The notes under the pieces are model-generated. The model worked only from the letters and a program-made list of their open reading frames with translations. It had not been told where the DNA came from and searched no databases. Position numbers and translations under genes: made by a program. DNA of 61,707 nucleotides, counting the filler, from Jimgerdemannia flammicorona (lineage: Eukaryota): NCBI GenBank assembly GCA_003990765.1. It is 2 parts of 2 records of this genome, joined end to end, with 100 filler letters (N's around TTAATTAATTAA, not from the genome) between each part and the next. Parts side by side here need not be neighbours in the genome. Positions count along the whole stretch, not along the records: positions 1 to 30,814 come from RBNJ01000424.1; 1 more part is not named here. One strand, 5' to 3'. The stretch's first letter is position 1. Every line of letters starts with the position of its first letter. Shown one piece after another: positions 11,131-20,512 of the stretch.

Positions 11131-12305
11131 GGTGGCGAGCCCGACGAGCAGGAGTACACCCCATCAGAGTGCCAGACCTTGTGGCCACAGGCTTTTGTGC
11201 AGCCCTTACATTCAGGGGCATGGGTGGAGGAGGCGGAGGAGGAACCGGCGGAGGAGGCCAAAGGCGAGCGAGCAGCTGAAGGGGCAGCAGTGTGAGGAAC
11301 ACCACCATGAGGACAGATGGACTTGGCTGGGTGCCAGTAGGCATGGTGGAGGCGACTGGAGCAGACAGCACAAGGCCAGGCCCTGACAGGGTGAGAACCA
11401 AGTTGGCGGCCATGCTTGGGGGCAGGGGGAACAGAGGAGGAAGTCTTGGTGGGGGAGGGGGACTGGGAAGAGGCCGACGAAGCCTGGTTGGGCTTGGCGG
11501 GGGTCTTGGCAGGGGTCTTGGAGGGGGCCTTGGTGGCAGCAGCAGTGAAGGAATGAACCTCAGCATGAGCAGCGGCACGAGCTTCGGCGCGGATGGCCTT
11601 GGAGACCAAAACCTTGGGGGAGGCAGGCAGGGGAGCAGTGGCAGCAGCACGAGCAGCAGTGGCAGCATGTGATGACTCCTGCTCGTGAAGGCGAGCAACA
11701 AAAGAGGTGCTGGTGAGAAGGAAGCAACACACAGCATCGATGTCAGCAGCGACAGAAGGAATGTCTTGGATGGCGAAGCCACAGAAGAGGGCAGCATCCG
11801 AAAGGTGGGAGGAGACAAAGGCCACGAAAGCAGCACAGGCACGTTGGAAGGAGGTGGAAGCGGTGGCGGCGGAAGCAGCAGCGGCATCAGCGGCGGCGAG
11901 CTTGGCAGCAGCAGTGATGGCACAAACCTCTTCAGAGAGGGCTTGGCAGCAGGCCTTAGGGAGAACAGAGTAGTGGATGGTGGGCAGAGTGACGATGTCG
12001 ATGTTATGGCAGAGACGAGCCTTCTTAGCAGAGAGGGCAAGAACTGACCAGAACTGAGAGAGGAGCAGACGACCAGAAGGACGAAGGTCCAAGGGGAGGA
12101 AAAGGATGGCAGAAGTGACGTAGGTCTTGAAGGAGACAGTAGCAGGGGTGAAGGCAGGGGGAGGGGGAGGAGGAAGTTCCTCATCCATGAGCTCGTCGAC
12201 GAGGACGGAGGCCCTGAGGGCAGGTGGTACAGCAGAGGAGGAAGAAGGCCCAGCAGGAGCCAAGGGAGCGAACCCAGAGCCAGTGTCAAAGTGAACGGAA
12301 GATAT
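11088..12305 (-). CDS. PLE ORF1 (~405 aa): Ala-rich helical core, two Cys/His motifs, basic C-terminus; start codon mutated to ATA in this copy
   Basis: Uninterrupted frame. The inverted repeat copy keeps the ATG (12987-12989, MSSIHFDTGSGFAP). Motifs CAVCSSRLHHAYWHPAKSIC and CKGCTKACGHKVWHSDGVYSC. Confidence 0.75.
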   Translation of the reverse strand: MSSVHFDTGSGFAPLAPAGPSSSSAVPPALRASVLVDELMDEELPPPPPPAFTPATVSFKTYVTSAILFLPLDLRPSGRLLLSQFWSVLALSAKKARLCHNIDIVTLPTIHYSVLPKACCQALSEEVCAITAAAKLAAADAAAASAATASTSFQRACAAFVAFVSSHLSDAALFCGFAIQDIPSVAADIDAVCCFLLTSTSFVARLHEQESSHAATAARAAATAPLPASPKVLVSKAIRAEARAAAHAEVHSFTAAATKAPSKTPAKTPAKPNQASSASSQSPSPTKTSSSVPPAPKHGRQLGSHPVRAWPCAVCSSRLHHAYWHPAKSICPHGGVPHTAAPSAARSPLASSAGSSSASSTHAPECKGCTKACGHKVWHSDGVYSCSSGSPPSKKVRGKRKVSCS

Positions 12306-12569
12306 GTAGAAAAGCATATATAAGGGGGACGAACAAAGAACATAACTGAATTTGCATCAGCTGTTTATTGCCATGTAAAAATGTGGTCCTTATATACAAA
12401 ATATGACATCCCAAAAGGGAGGACACACCACAACTCGGGGCGAACCGAATTAGGAACCACATGACCACCAGAGATAGGCAGAGATAAAGGGGGAGCCAAT
12501 CCCAGTTGCAGGATAAAAATCACAAACAAACACAAACAAAACAAATCCAAATCGAGATTAAAAAACATC
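12234..12569 (-). repeat. PLE 5' pseudo-LTR (left arm of a 336-bp inverted repeat)
   Basis: Contains a TATATAAG box, AATAAA and the first 24 codons of ORF1 on the minus strand. Confidence 0.92.
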
Positions 12570-12722
12570 TGCAGACCCTGGAGGGGTGAGCATGAGTGAG
12601 GGGTGAGGCCGAAACAGAGCAAGTCACAGCAAGCCTGAGTGAAGCGAGGGGCCGAAGGCAGTGGAGGGGAGCAGAGTAAAGCCGAGACCCTGGAGTAAGC
12701 GCGAGACCCCGGAGGGGGCAAG

Positions 12723-13058
12723 GATGTTTTTTAATCTCGATTTGGATTTGTTTTGTTTGTGTTTGTTTGTGATTTTTATCCTGCAACTGGGATTGGCTCC
12801 CTCTTTATCTCCACCTATCTCTGGCAGTCATGTGGTTCCTAATTCGGTTCACCCCAAGTTGTGGTGCATCCTCCCTTTTGGGACATTGTATTTTGTATAT
12901 AAGGACCACATTTTTACATGGCAATAAATGGCTGATGCAAATTTGGTTACATTCTTTGTTCGTCCCCCTTATACACGTTTTTCCACATGTCTTCCATTCA
13001 CTTTGACACTGGCTCTGGGTTTGCTCCCTTGGCTCCCGCTGGGCCTTCTTCCTCCTCT
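12723..13058 (+). repeat. PLE inverted pseudo-LTR (right arm)
   Basis: Reverse complement of 12234-12569, separated from it by a 153-bp spacer. Confidence 0.93.
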
Positions 13059-14063
13059 GGATGAGTTTACGCTGAGTTATTGCATTTTGAAAATTAGGGT
13101 TCAAATCAGACTCTCAATTCGATTCAACTTTCGATTTGATTCGAATTGATTCGAATTGAAAAATCCCCAATTCGATTTGACTCGTTTGAGAGCACTAGTC
13201 ATAGGATATGCTATTATGATTTATAGACTAGAACCTTATAGGCAGTCATTATGTTTTACTTCTCTTATATAGGTTCATGATACTTCTTGAGTCTGTTCCT
13301 ATATACTATGGTAGGAAGTATGGTCTCTGAGAGTTTTCTAAGCCAGAAGGTAGTTCTCTTGATATCTTGTACATAGAACAGTCCTTTCCATTTGGGCTCC
13401 AGTTTTCACAACCATGAGGTTTCTATACAGTAAGATCTTTTCTCTGATTTGGATGGGTTCTAGGGTCTTGTGATTCTTTTCTGCATTCTTTCTTATCAGC
13501 ACTTGTAACTTGATGATGTAATCTTCAGCCTTCTTTCTGATTTGGTATAGTCTCCAGATTTCTAAGTCAACCTATCTCTAAGTTAGGTCTAGATTTGTAG
13601 CTGAGATTCCATTGGAATCTTCTTCTCCAAAGAGCAGTTCTCTTGGAGTAAAGTGTGTACTCTGTAACTGTATATCTCATAGAATAGAGAGGGCAGTTGG
13701 GAGATAGTTATCCTAATTCTTGTATGTATCTGAAATCTTTGCCAGAATGTTCTTGAGGGTCTTGTTGGTTCTCTCTGTCTGTCCATTTTCTTAAGAGTAA
13801 TACATGGTAGTCTTGATGTGCTGAATCTTATATTTCTGATTAAAATCTATTGACAAATTCTGTACCATAGTCTGTAGTAATTTGCTTTGGTATCTTGTAG
13901 TGATAGATGATTTCTTGATATAGGAAGTTGGCTATAGAGAGGACATTGGCTTCTTGTAATACTTCTGCTTCTATCTATTTGGTAAAGAGATCTATAATAA
14001 CTATAATGTAGCAGTTTCCTGATAGTATTACTGGTAGTGGTCTAATAATGTCTATTATAATGT
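13059..14063. repeat. Right copy of the 1005-bp duplication (includes MITE end 13059-13197)
   Basis: Matches 7765-8769. The integrase sequence continues uninterrupted beyond 14063. Confidence 0.95.
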
Positions 14064-14442
14064 GGTAGAAGGGGATAGGCTCAATTCTTGATAACCTGAG
14101 TGCTTGGTCTTACTGATCTTATTTCTGTTTTTGATACTTATTATACTCTTTGACAAATTGGTATAGGTTTTCTTCTATCTTGGGCACCACATAGTTCTTC
14201 TTGCCTTGTTATATATGTTGGTTCCTCTTAGATATCCTTGTTCATATACTTTCTTCATTACTTGATACATACTTCTTATATTTAGGTATTACAAGCTTTT
14301 CTCCTTTTCTGAGTATAGTGTTGTCTAGTTCAAACTGTTTTTATGTCTGGTTGATAATAGTGATTGTCCAGGGTTCAAGGTGGTTGTGCATCTTCTGCTG
14401 CCTAAGATAGCTGATTAATCTATAGTATAACTCCTTATTTAT
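13265..14442 (-). pseudogene. Element B integrase (separate frame from pol)
   Basis: Begins (M>I)NKELYYRLISYLRQQ and includes DIIRPLPVILSGNCYIIVIIDLFTK and NGQTERTNKTLK. Confidence 0.8.
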
Positions 14443-14808
14443 ATTGAATAGTCTTGATGGAAGTATTTCAGAGTACTCTTGAGAGTGTATCAGTATTGAC
14501 ATTAGTTCTTCCTGAGTAGTACTTGACAGTACAGTCATACTCTTGCAGCCTGTAGATCCATCTGGTATATATTCCTTTGGAGTTTAGAGTGTAGAATAGC
14601 CAGGTAAGAGCAGAATGGTCTATTTGAATAGTGAAGTATTTCCTGGCTAGGTAGTAGTAGAACTTGTCTACTGCCCAAACTACTGCTAAGTATTTGAGCT
14701 TGTATAACTTGTAGTTCTGTTCTACTCTGTGGGTACCTTGGCTTACATAAGAGATAATATATTTATATCCATCTTTCTTTTAAGCTAGGACTGCCCTAAG
14801 TTCTATAA

Positions 14809-14811
<3 letters not shown>

Positions 14812-14840
<29 letters not shown>

Positions 14841-16131
14841 CAAGTATGAATCATTTATTAACTATCTATAACATGCCACATATCCTCATATAACATCAGT
14901 AGTCCCATTCTACCCCAATCTCAACCCACTCCCAGTCTTGTACCTTTAGGGTGTGAGTTGTGACCTCACTGCCCGAGTAACTAGATCCTCCTACCTGGCC
15001 TGCCCCACCCAGTAGGTATGGGTTGTAAGCCCCAACCACCTCAAGTACTTGGCATCTAGTGCACCTGACCTACCCCTATTAGTGCCTTCTGTCTTGCCCA
15101 TCTAGCCCATCTTGCCTGCCTATATTGCCTGTGTTGCCATCTTGCTGTCTTGCCCATCTTGCCTATCTTGCCTGTCTTGCCCACCTGTGTTGCCCATGTT
15201 GCCCGTATTGCCTATATTGCCCACCTGTGTTGCCCATATTGCCCATCTTGCCCGTGTTGCCCATGTTACTCATCTTGCCCATCTTGTCCATCTTGCCCAT
15301 CTTGTCTGCCCATATTGCCCATATTGTCCATATTGCCTGTTTTGCCTGTTTTGCCTGTTTTGCCTGTTTTGCCTGTCTTGTCCATGTCATCTGTCTTACC
15401 ATCTGCCCATCTTACCCATGTCACCCATCTTGCCATCTTGCCCTTCTTGCCCATCTTGCCCACTCATGTTGCCCATATTGCCCATGTTGCCCATGTTGCC
15501 CGTGTTGCCCATGTTGCCCATATTACCCTCCTGTGTTGCCTGTGTTACCCATGTTGCCTGCCCATGTTGCCCGTGTTGCCCGCCCATGTTGCCGGTGTTG
15601 CCCATATTGCACATTTTGCCTGTTTTGCCTATTTTGCCTGTTTTGCCCATTTTGCCCATTTTGCTCATCTTGCTCATGTCTCCTGTCTTGCTGTCTGTCC
15701 ATCTTGCCCATATTGCCCATCTTGCCATCTTGCCATCTTACCCGTCTTATCCATCTTGCCCGTCTTGTCCATCTTGCCCATCTTGCCCGTCTTGCCCATC
15801 TTGCCCATGTCACCTGTCTTGTCATCTTGCCATCTTGCCTATCTTGTCCATCTTGCCTGTCTTGCCTACCCATATTGCCCATGTTGCCCGTGTTGCCCGT
15901 GTTGCCCATATTGCCCATGTTGCCTGTATTGCCCATTTTGCCCATGTCGCCTGTCTTGTCATCTGCCCATCTTGCCTATATTGCCCATCTTGCTGTCTTG
16001 CCATCTTGCCCATCTTGCCCATCTTGCCCATCTTGCCTGTGTTGCCCATGTTGCCTGTATTTGTTTCTTCGAGTTATATGTAAAACCGTTGCTTGAAGTT
16101 TGTGTAACGCGAATTGTACCGGAGAGAGATC
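14812..16131 (-). mobile_element. Non-autonomous poly(A)-tailed retro-insertion (~1320 bp) in RNase H of element B
   Basis: T29 at 14812-14840, AATAAA on the minus strand just upstream of the tail, and a perfect TSD AAGTTCTATAATAC(TT) at 14798 and 16132. Confidence 0.88.
15088..16059. repeat. Degenerate 9-bp minisatellite (GCCCATCTT / GCCCATGTT / GCCTGTTTT variants)
   Basis: About 970 bp of tandem 9-mers with shorter variant units. Confidence 0.95.
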
Positions 16132-17274
16132 AAGTTCTATAATACTTGTATCTATCTGCAGAATGAACTCTAGGTTCCAATCTGGTCTTCTGAAGATAGA
16201 TGCTTGGATCAATCTGATCTTGAGTTCATTGAAGGTTTCTTGGTATTTCTTGGTCTATTCAAATTTGGTCTCCTTCTTCAGTAGCTCATAGATGGGTGCT
16301 GTAATATTAGAGTATTCTTTGATGAATCTTCTATAGTAGGAGGCCAGTCTAAGGAAGGCATGGACTTCCATAGTTGTTCTGGATCTTGGATAGGCTGCAA
16401 TAGTCTCAATCTTCATGGGATCTATATAGATTCTAGTCTGATTGATGAGGTGTTCTAGATAGGTAATTTCCTGAGCTGCAAACTTGTACTTCTTGGGCTT
16501 AATGTAGAGGTCATGCTCCTTGAGCTTCTTAAGGGCTAGCTGTATATAGTTGATATATTCCTGTACAGTATTGCTAAAGATGATTACATCATCAATATAG
16601 ACAAAGAGCCATTTTCTAATCTCATTGCTGAAGACTCTATTCATCATTTGCTGAAAACTTACTGGGATATTGCATATTCTAAATGGTATTCATAAGTAGA
16701 TATAGGTGGCATCAGATATGATAAAGGCTGATTCTCACTAGTATCTTGAGTGAGACCAATCTGATAGAAATCTGAGACAGATCTAAGGTGGTATAGTATT
16801 TGGCTTCACTTCTAAGAGTGGTAAGAATTTCTTGAATATTTGGCAAGAGCTACCTATCCTTCTTAATGATTGCATTGAGCTTCCTGTAGTCAACACAGAG
16901 TCTTGGGACAAACTCTCCAGGCTTACTTTTTTTCTTTGGAACAAGGACAATGAGTGAAGCCCAGAGACTGATAGCTTGCTTAATAATTCTAGCTTCTTTT
17001 ATTTTCTTGAGTTCTGCTTATAGCTATTCTCTGTAGATAGATAGTATAGGTCTGGCTTTCTGGTAGATGGGCTTGGTATTGCTGATATCAACTTCATGAT
17101 AGTACTTGGGTTCTTGATTGTAGATATCTCTGAAGTCTGTAGTAAGTACTCCTTCATTCTGGTGTAGGATCTTGAGAAGTTGTTCTTCTAGAGAAAAGTT
17201 TTCTCCAATGGTAATGTATATTTGTTCTGGTCCTTGTTTTTCTTATGCTCTAGTTCAGTAATCTTAGTGGCAGC

Positions 17275-18290
17275 ATAGGCTCCTCTTCCAGTAGATCTAA
17301 AGCCTTGTTCTCCTCTTTTGGTCTTGATGAGTTTGATGGCTTCAGTGATCTTGGGCTTCTTGATTTTATGGATTAGTATTTGGCCAATTCTGTCATACTT
17401 CTTGACTTTGAATGGGGTAGTGGAGTTGTGATTTCTAACTATGAGAAAGATCTTTCCAGTGTAATCAGAGTCAATTACTCCTCCTTTAACTGAGATTTTA
17501 CTTTTGGCCAGACTGCTCCTGGTCTTGATAATTCCAGCATAGTTCTCTGACAACTTGACTTCAATTCTAGTACCAAGTAGAGTAGTAGTCTGTAGTTCAA
17601 GAGTAGTATCTTGAATGCTGGCAAGGTCCATTTCTAGTGCTCCAAATGAGTCAATCCAGATGGGATTCGAATTCCATCCAGATAGATTCAAATCAACCAT
17701 TGTTTTGATTTCAAAATTAGACAATTAAATGTTTACATCAATAACTTGATGAATAATCATCCAAATTTGATGATCTTAGTGACATTTGAAAGCCCTTAAT
17801 AAGGCCTTTCTAATGATATCAAGTACATTAAAATCAGATTACGCGTTGCTGATATATTAAGGAAAACATTCTATTTGATGAAATTTCCAAAATCGGTAAA
17901 TCAAACAATTTCCAAAATTGGTGATTCAGACATTTTCCTTCATAACTCAGCAACACATGATCTGATTTCAATGTTCTTGGTATCATTAGATAGGCCTTAT
18001 TAAGGGCATTCAAATGACACCAAGATCATCAAATTTGGATAATTATTTATTGAGTTATTGATATAAACATTTAATTGTCTAATTTGGAAATCAAAACAAT
18101 GGTTGATTTGAATCCATCTAGATGGGATTCGAATCCCATCTGAGTTGATCTGGATGGGATTCAATCTGAATCAATCTAAATCCAATCTGGATTAAATTGA
18201 CTCATTAGGAGTACTATCCATTTCTATGGCTCCTTCAGTCTTATATTCTGGAATCTTAGCTTCAGGGTGAAACTTCTTGATCTTGAGGAT
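17275..18290 (-). pseudogene. dUTPase domain of element B, split by a MITE
   Basis: KFHPEAKIPEYKTEGAIEMDLAS | IKTRSSLAKSKISVKGGVIDSDYTGKI..DRIGQIL..TKRGEQGFRSTG. Confidence 0.9.
17635..18216. mobile_element. hAT-type foldback MITE (582 bp)
   Basis: TIR TAGTGCTCCAAATGAGTCAAT / ATTGACTCATTAGGAGTACTA, perfect 8-bp TSD TCCATTTC (17627-17634, 18217-18224), and long internal inverted arms. Confidence 0.92.
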
Positions 18291-20512
18291 AATGTCTAGT
18301 TCTTATTCCTCCTTATCATCACTGTCAGCTTGAAGCTCTGGGGGCTGGTCATCTTCTTTGGCTTTCCTTTTTGCTTCAGCAGCTTCTTAATCATACTTCT
18401 GTTGGTGGATTTTTCTGACTTCACTGATATAAGACCAGTAGTTATTCAGATATTTAGAGCAGTACATCCTAGTATCATGGAGGCATCTTCCTTGAGGGGC
18501 ATAGCCATTGATGATCTTGTTATACTACTGCTCATCTGTGAGCTAGGGTGTCTTGTTCTTGTTCTTATTCACCAAGTGCATGAAGACTTCTGTGTCCTCT
18601 TTATTTCCTTCCTCTATGTCTGATAGAACTCCTTTATAGACATTGATATAGACTTGTACCTTTTGTTCTCTATAGTTGATTTGCATCTTCTGGACATTGA
18701 GGTCAATTATGGTCTTGGCCTTGTAAAGCCATTAGTTGTCAATAAGAATGTCATAGTTAGTGGTACTTATAATAATCATATCTACTGGGATGGTAGCTTC
18801 TCCAATCTTGTTGAGAACTTATCAGATCTTGCCAAGAAGGATAGCTTGTATACTATCTGCTGTGATATAGATCATCTTGATAGACTCTTCAATGTTCCAG
18901 CCTAGACAGTCAATTGCCTTCTTGTTTATGAGATATCCTCCAGTGCTGGTATCAATGATGGTATCAAAGATACAATCTTCAATCTGATATAGGGTATAGG
19001 CTGATGTTTTGTGCTGGTCTTCAGATTCTTTTCCTAAGTCTTCTTGATCATCTTCTTGTATATTGTGAGCTTCTATGATCTTGTATTCTTGGTTCTTGAC
19101 AGTGGTTGTAAGTCTTACTCTCAACTACTGTCTGAAGGCAGGGACTTTGGCTAGTTGTCCAAAAGTAGTATTGATCTTCTATTCCTTGAGGTCCTTGTAG
19201 ATATCATACTGGTGGATCTTGGTCTTGCACAGCTTCTATTCCTTCTTGCTTTCACTTTCTCCTGAGACTAGAGTAGTGTCTTTAATGATTTAGTAGGGAG
19301 CTTCATCTAACTCCATATCTTGATCAATCTTCTCAGATTGGATCTTACTTTGAATAGTGACAGCTGGAGTCTTCTTCAGTCTTCCAACTAGCTTGCTGTT
19401 ACTCTTCTTGTTATAGGGCTTAGACTGGGTTCTGGTACCTTTAGTAATAGGGCAGAATTCAGGCTCTTCATAGTATTCTTCATCATCAGTATCACTAATC
19501 TCCTTGATGACTACTGTGTTGGTTTATTCTCTGGTTCTAGTAGCATTACTTGGTTGGGCTTTACATCTTGTTTTGGTTATACAACTCTTTGTATTATGGC
19601 CTTCTTCTCTATATCTGAAGTATGTGATATTGTATTCTTCTATAGTAGCTACAAATCTCTATACTGGTCTCCTGTTGGTGCTTTAAACTTCTCTAACAAT
19701 ATCACTAAAGTATGCAGTCATCTTGGCAAACTGCTTGGTGAGTTCCTCTACTGGATCAGCTTTGGCTGCCTTGGGGATAGGTGGGGATGTTTGTCTGTTT
19801 ACAACTATAGTAGATATGTATGATACTAGTTGGCTTTGATGGCTCTATCTTAATACCAGTTATTTTCTCTATTGAGTGTTCAGCAGAGTGTCTGGCAGTC
19901 CAATATCTCTGTGCAAAGACCACTTTCTGATCAAGGGTCAGTACAGCTGGGGTAGACCAGATTGCTAGAGCAATTTCAGAGTGAACTCTTTTGATGAAGA
20001 TTGAATTTACTATTTGTTCCTTGAGGCAGTCATAATAGCTAGCCAAGATAATCCAGTGGTAGATTTAGGTATAGAATGAGTTGGGATCTTCACTGAGTCT
20101 CTGACAGATAGTGTTGAGTTAATTCTTGAGAGCTTGCTTAATCTTTTCAGTATAGTATATAGTTCTGAGGAAGGTCTTCATGTTGCCAAGTTTGGCTGCA
20201 CCAGTATTAGCAATAGTGGCTATATTGAACTTGTCTCTGGTAGGTCCTCTGAGGCTGACTGGTAGAAGGGCCAATTGTGCATCTATATTGAGGGCTCATA
20301 CAGTGGCAAATTGTTCAAAGTCTTCAATGAAGGTCAGGATTGACTCTTCAGTAGTATATTTATAGAATGTGGGGGGACACATTTCAACCTTATCTTGAAT
20401 TCTTATAGGGGTGACTCTTGTAGTCAGGGTAGTTGTTGTGGTAGTTATTCATTTTTTAGCTTGAAAGTGAGGGATTCATCTTGAATCACCAGCCAATGGG
20501 TATCAAGTTATA

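Larger units (their letters stand above)
8770..13058 (-). mobile_element. Endonuclease-deficient Penelope-like retroelement (Coprina/Athena-like) with direct and inverted pseudo-LTRs
   Basis: PLE-type RT motifs, an upstream ORF1, no GIY-YIG after the RT, and a ~320-bp repeat present three times (8770-9087, 12234-12553, inverted within 12723-13058). Confidence 0.88.
14435..20450 (-). pseudogene. Element B gag-pol (gag, PR, dUTPase, RT, RNase H), degenerate and interrupted
   Basis: Gag PPTFYKYTTEESILTFIEDFEQF, decayed knuckle YFRYREEGHNTKSC, protease DTIIDTSTGGYLI, RT WLFVYIDDVIIFS and FLRLASYYRRFIK, RNase H EFILQIDTS..YLAVVWAVDKF. Confidence 0.9.

Noticed and set aside
11012..12343. 443-aa Leu/Pro-rich minus ORF and Gly-rich plus ORFs overlapping PLE ORF1
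   Set aside because: Shadow frames of C-rich sequence. The 11088-12305 frame has the conserved ATG and the recognisable motifs.
8770..13058. Hammerhead or HDV-like ribozyme in the pseudo-LTR or spacer (CTGATGC at 12932; GGCCGAAAC at ~12607)
   Set aside because: The core reads CTGATGC rather than CTGANGA and has no downstream GAAA, the GAAAC site has no upstream CTGA core, and I could not build the HDV nested pseudoknot. An Infernal search would be decisive.
8770..13058. DIRS/tyrosine-recombinase element, suggested by the terminal inverted repeats plus an internal copy
   Set aside because: The RT motifs are PLE-type, and no RNase H or tyrosine recombinase is present.
7765..14063. 1-kb duplication as an assembly artefact or as a pair of LTRs
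   Set aside because: The copies carry about 20 independent transitions, and the duplicated DNA is gypsy integrase plus a cut MITE with no TG..CA termini.
15112..16142. Three 320-330 aa plus-strand ORFs (Cys/Pro-rich, metallothionein-like) and Gly-X-Y collagen-like minus-strand ORFs
   Set aside because: A stop-free 9-mer is open in all frames, and frequent non-triplet unit variants shuffle the frames. This is a minisatellite artefact.
20480..20512. PBS of element B (TGATACCCATTGGCTGG, minus strand)
   Set aside because: It lies 7 nt from the LTR and is too mutated to assign a tRNA.
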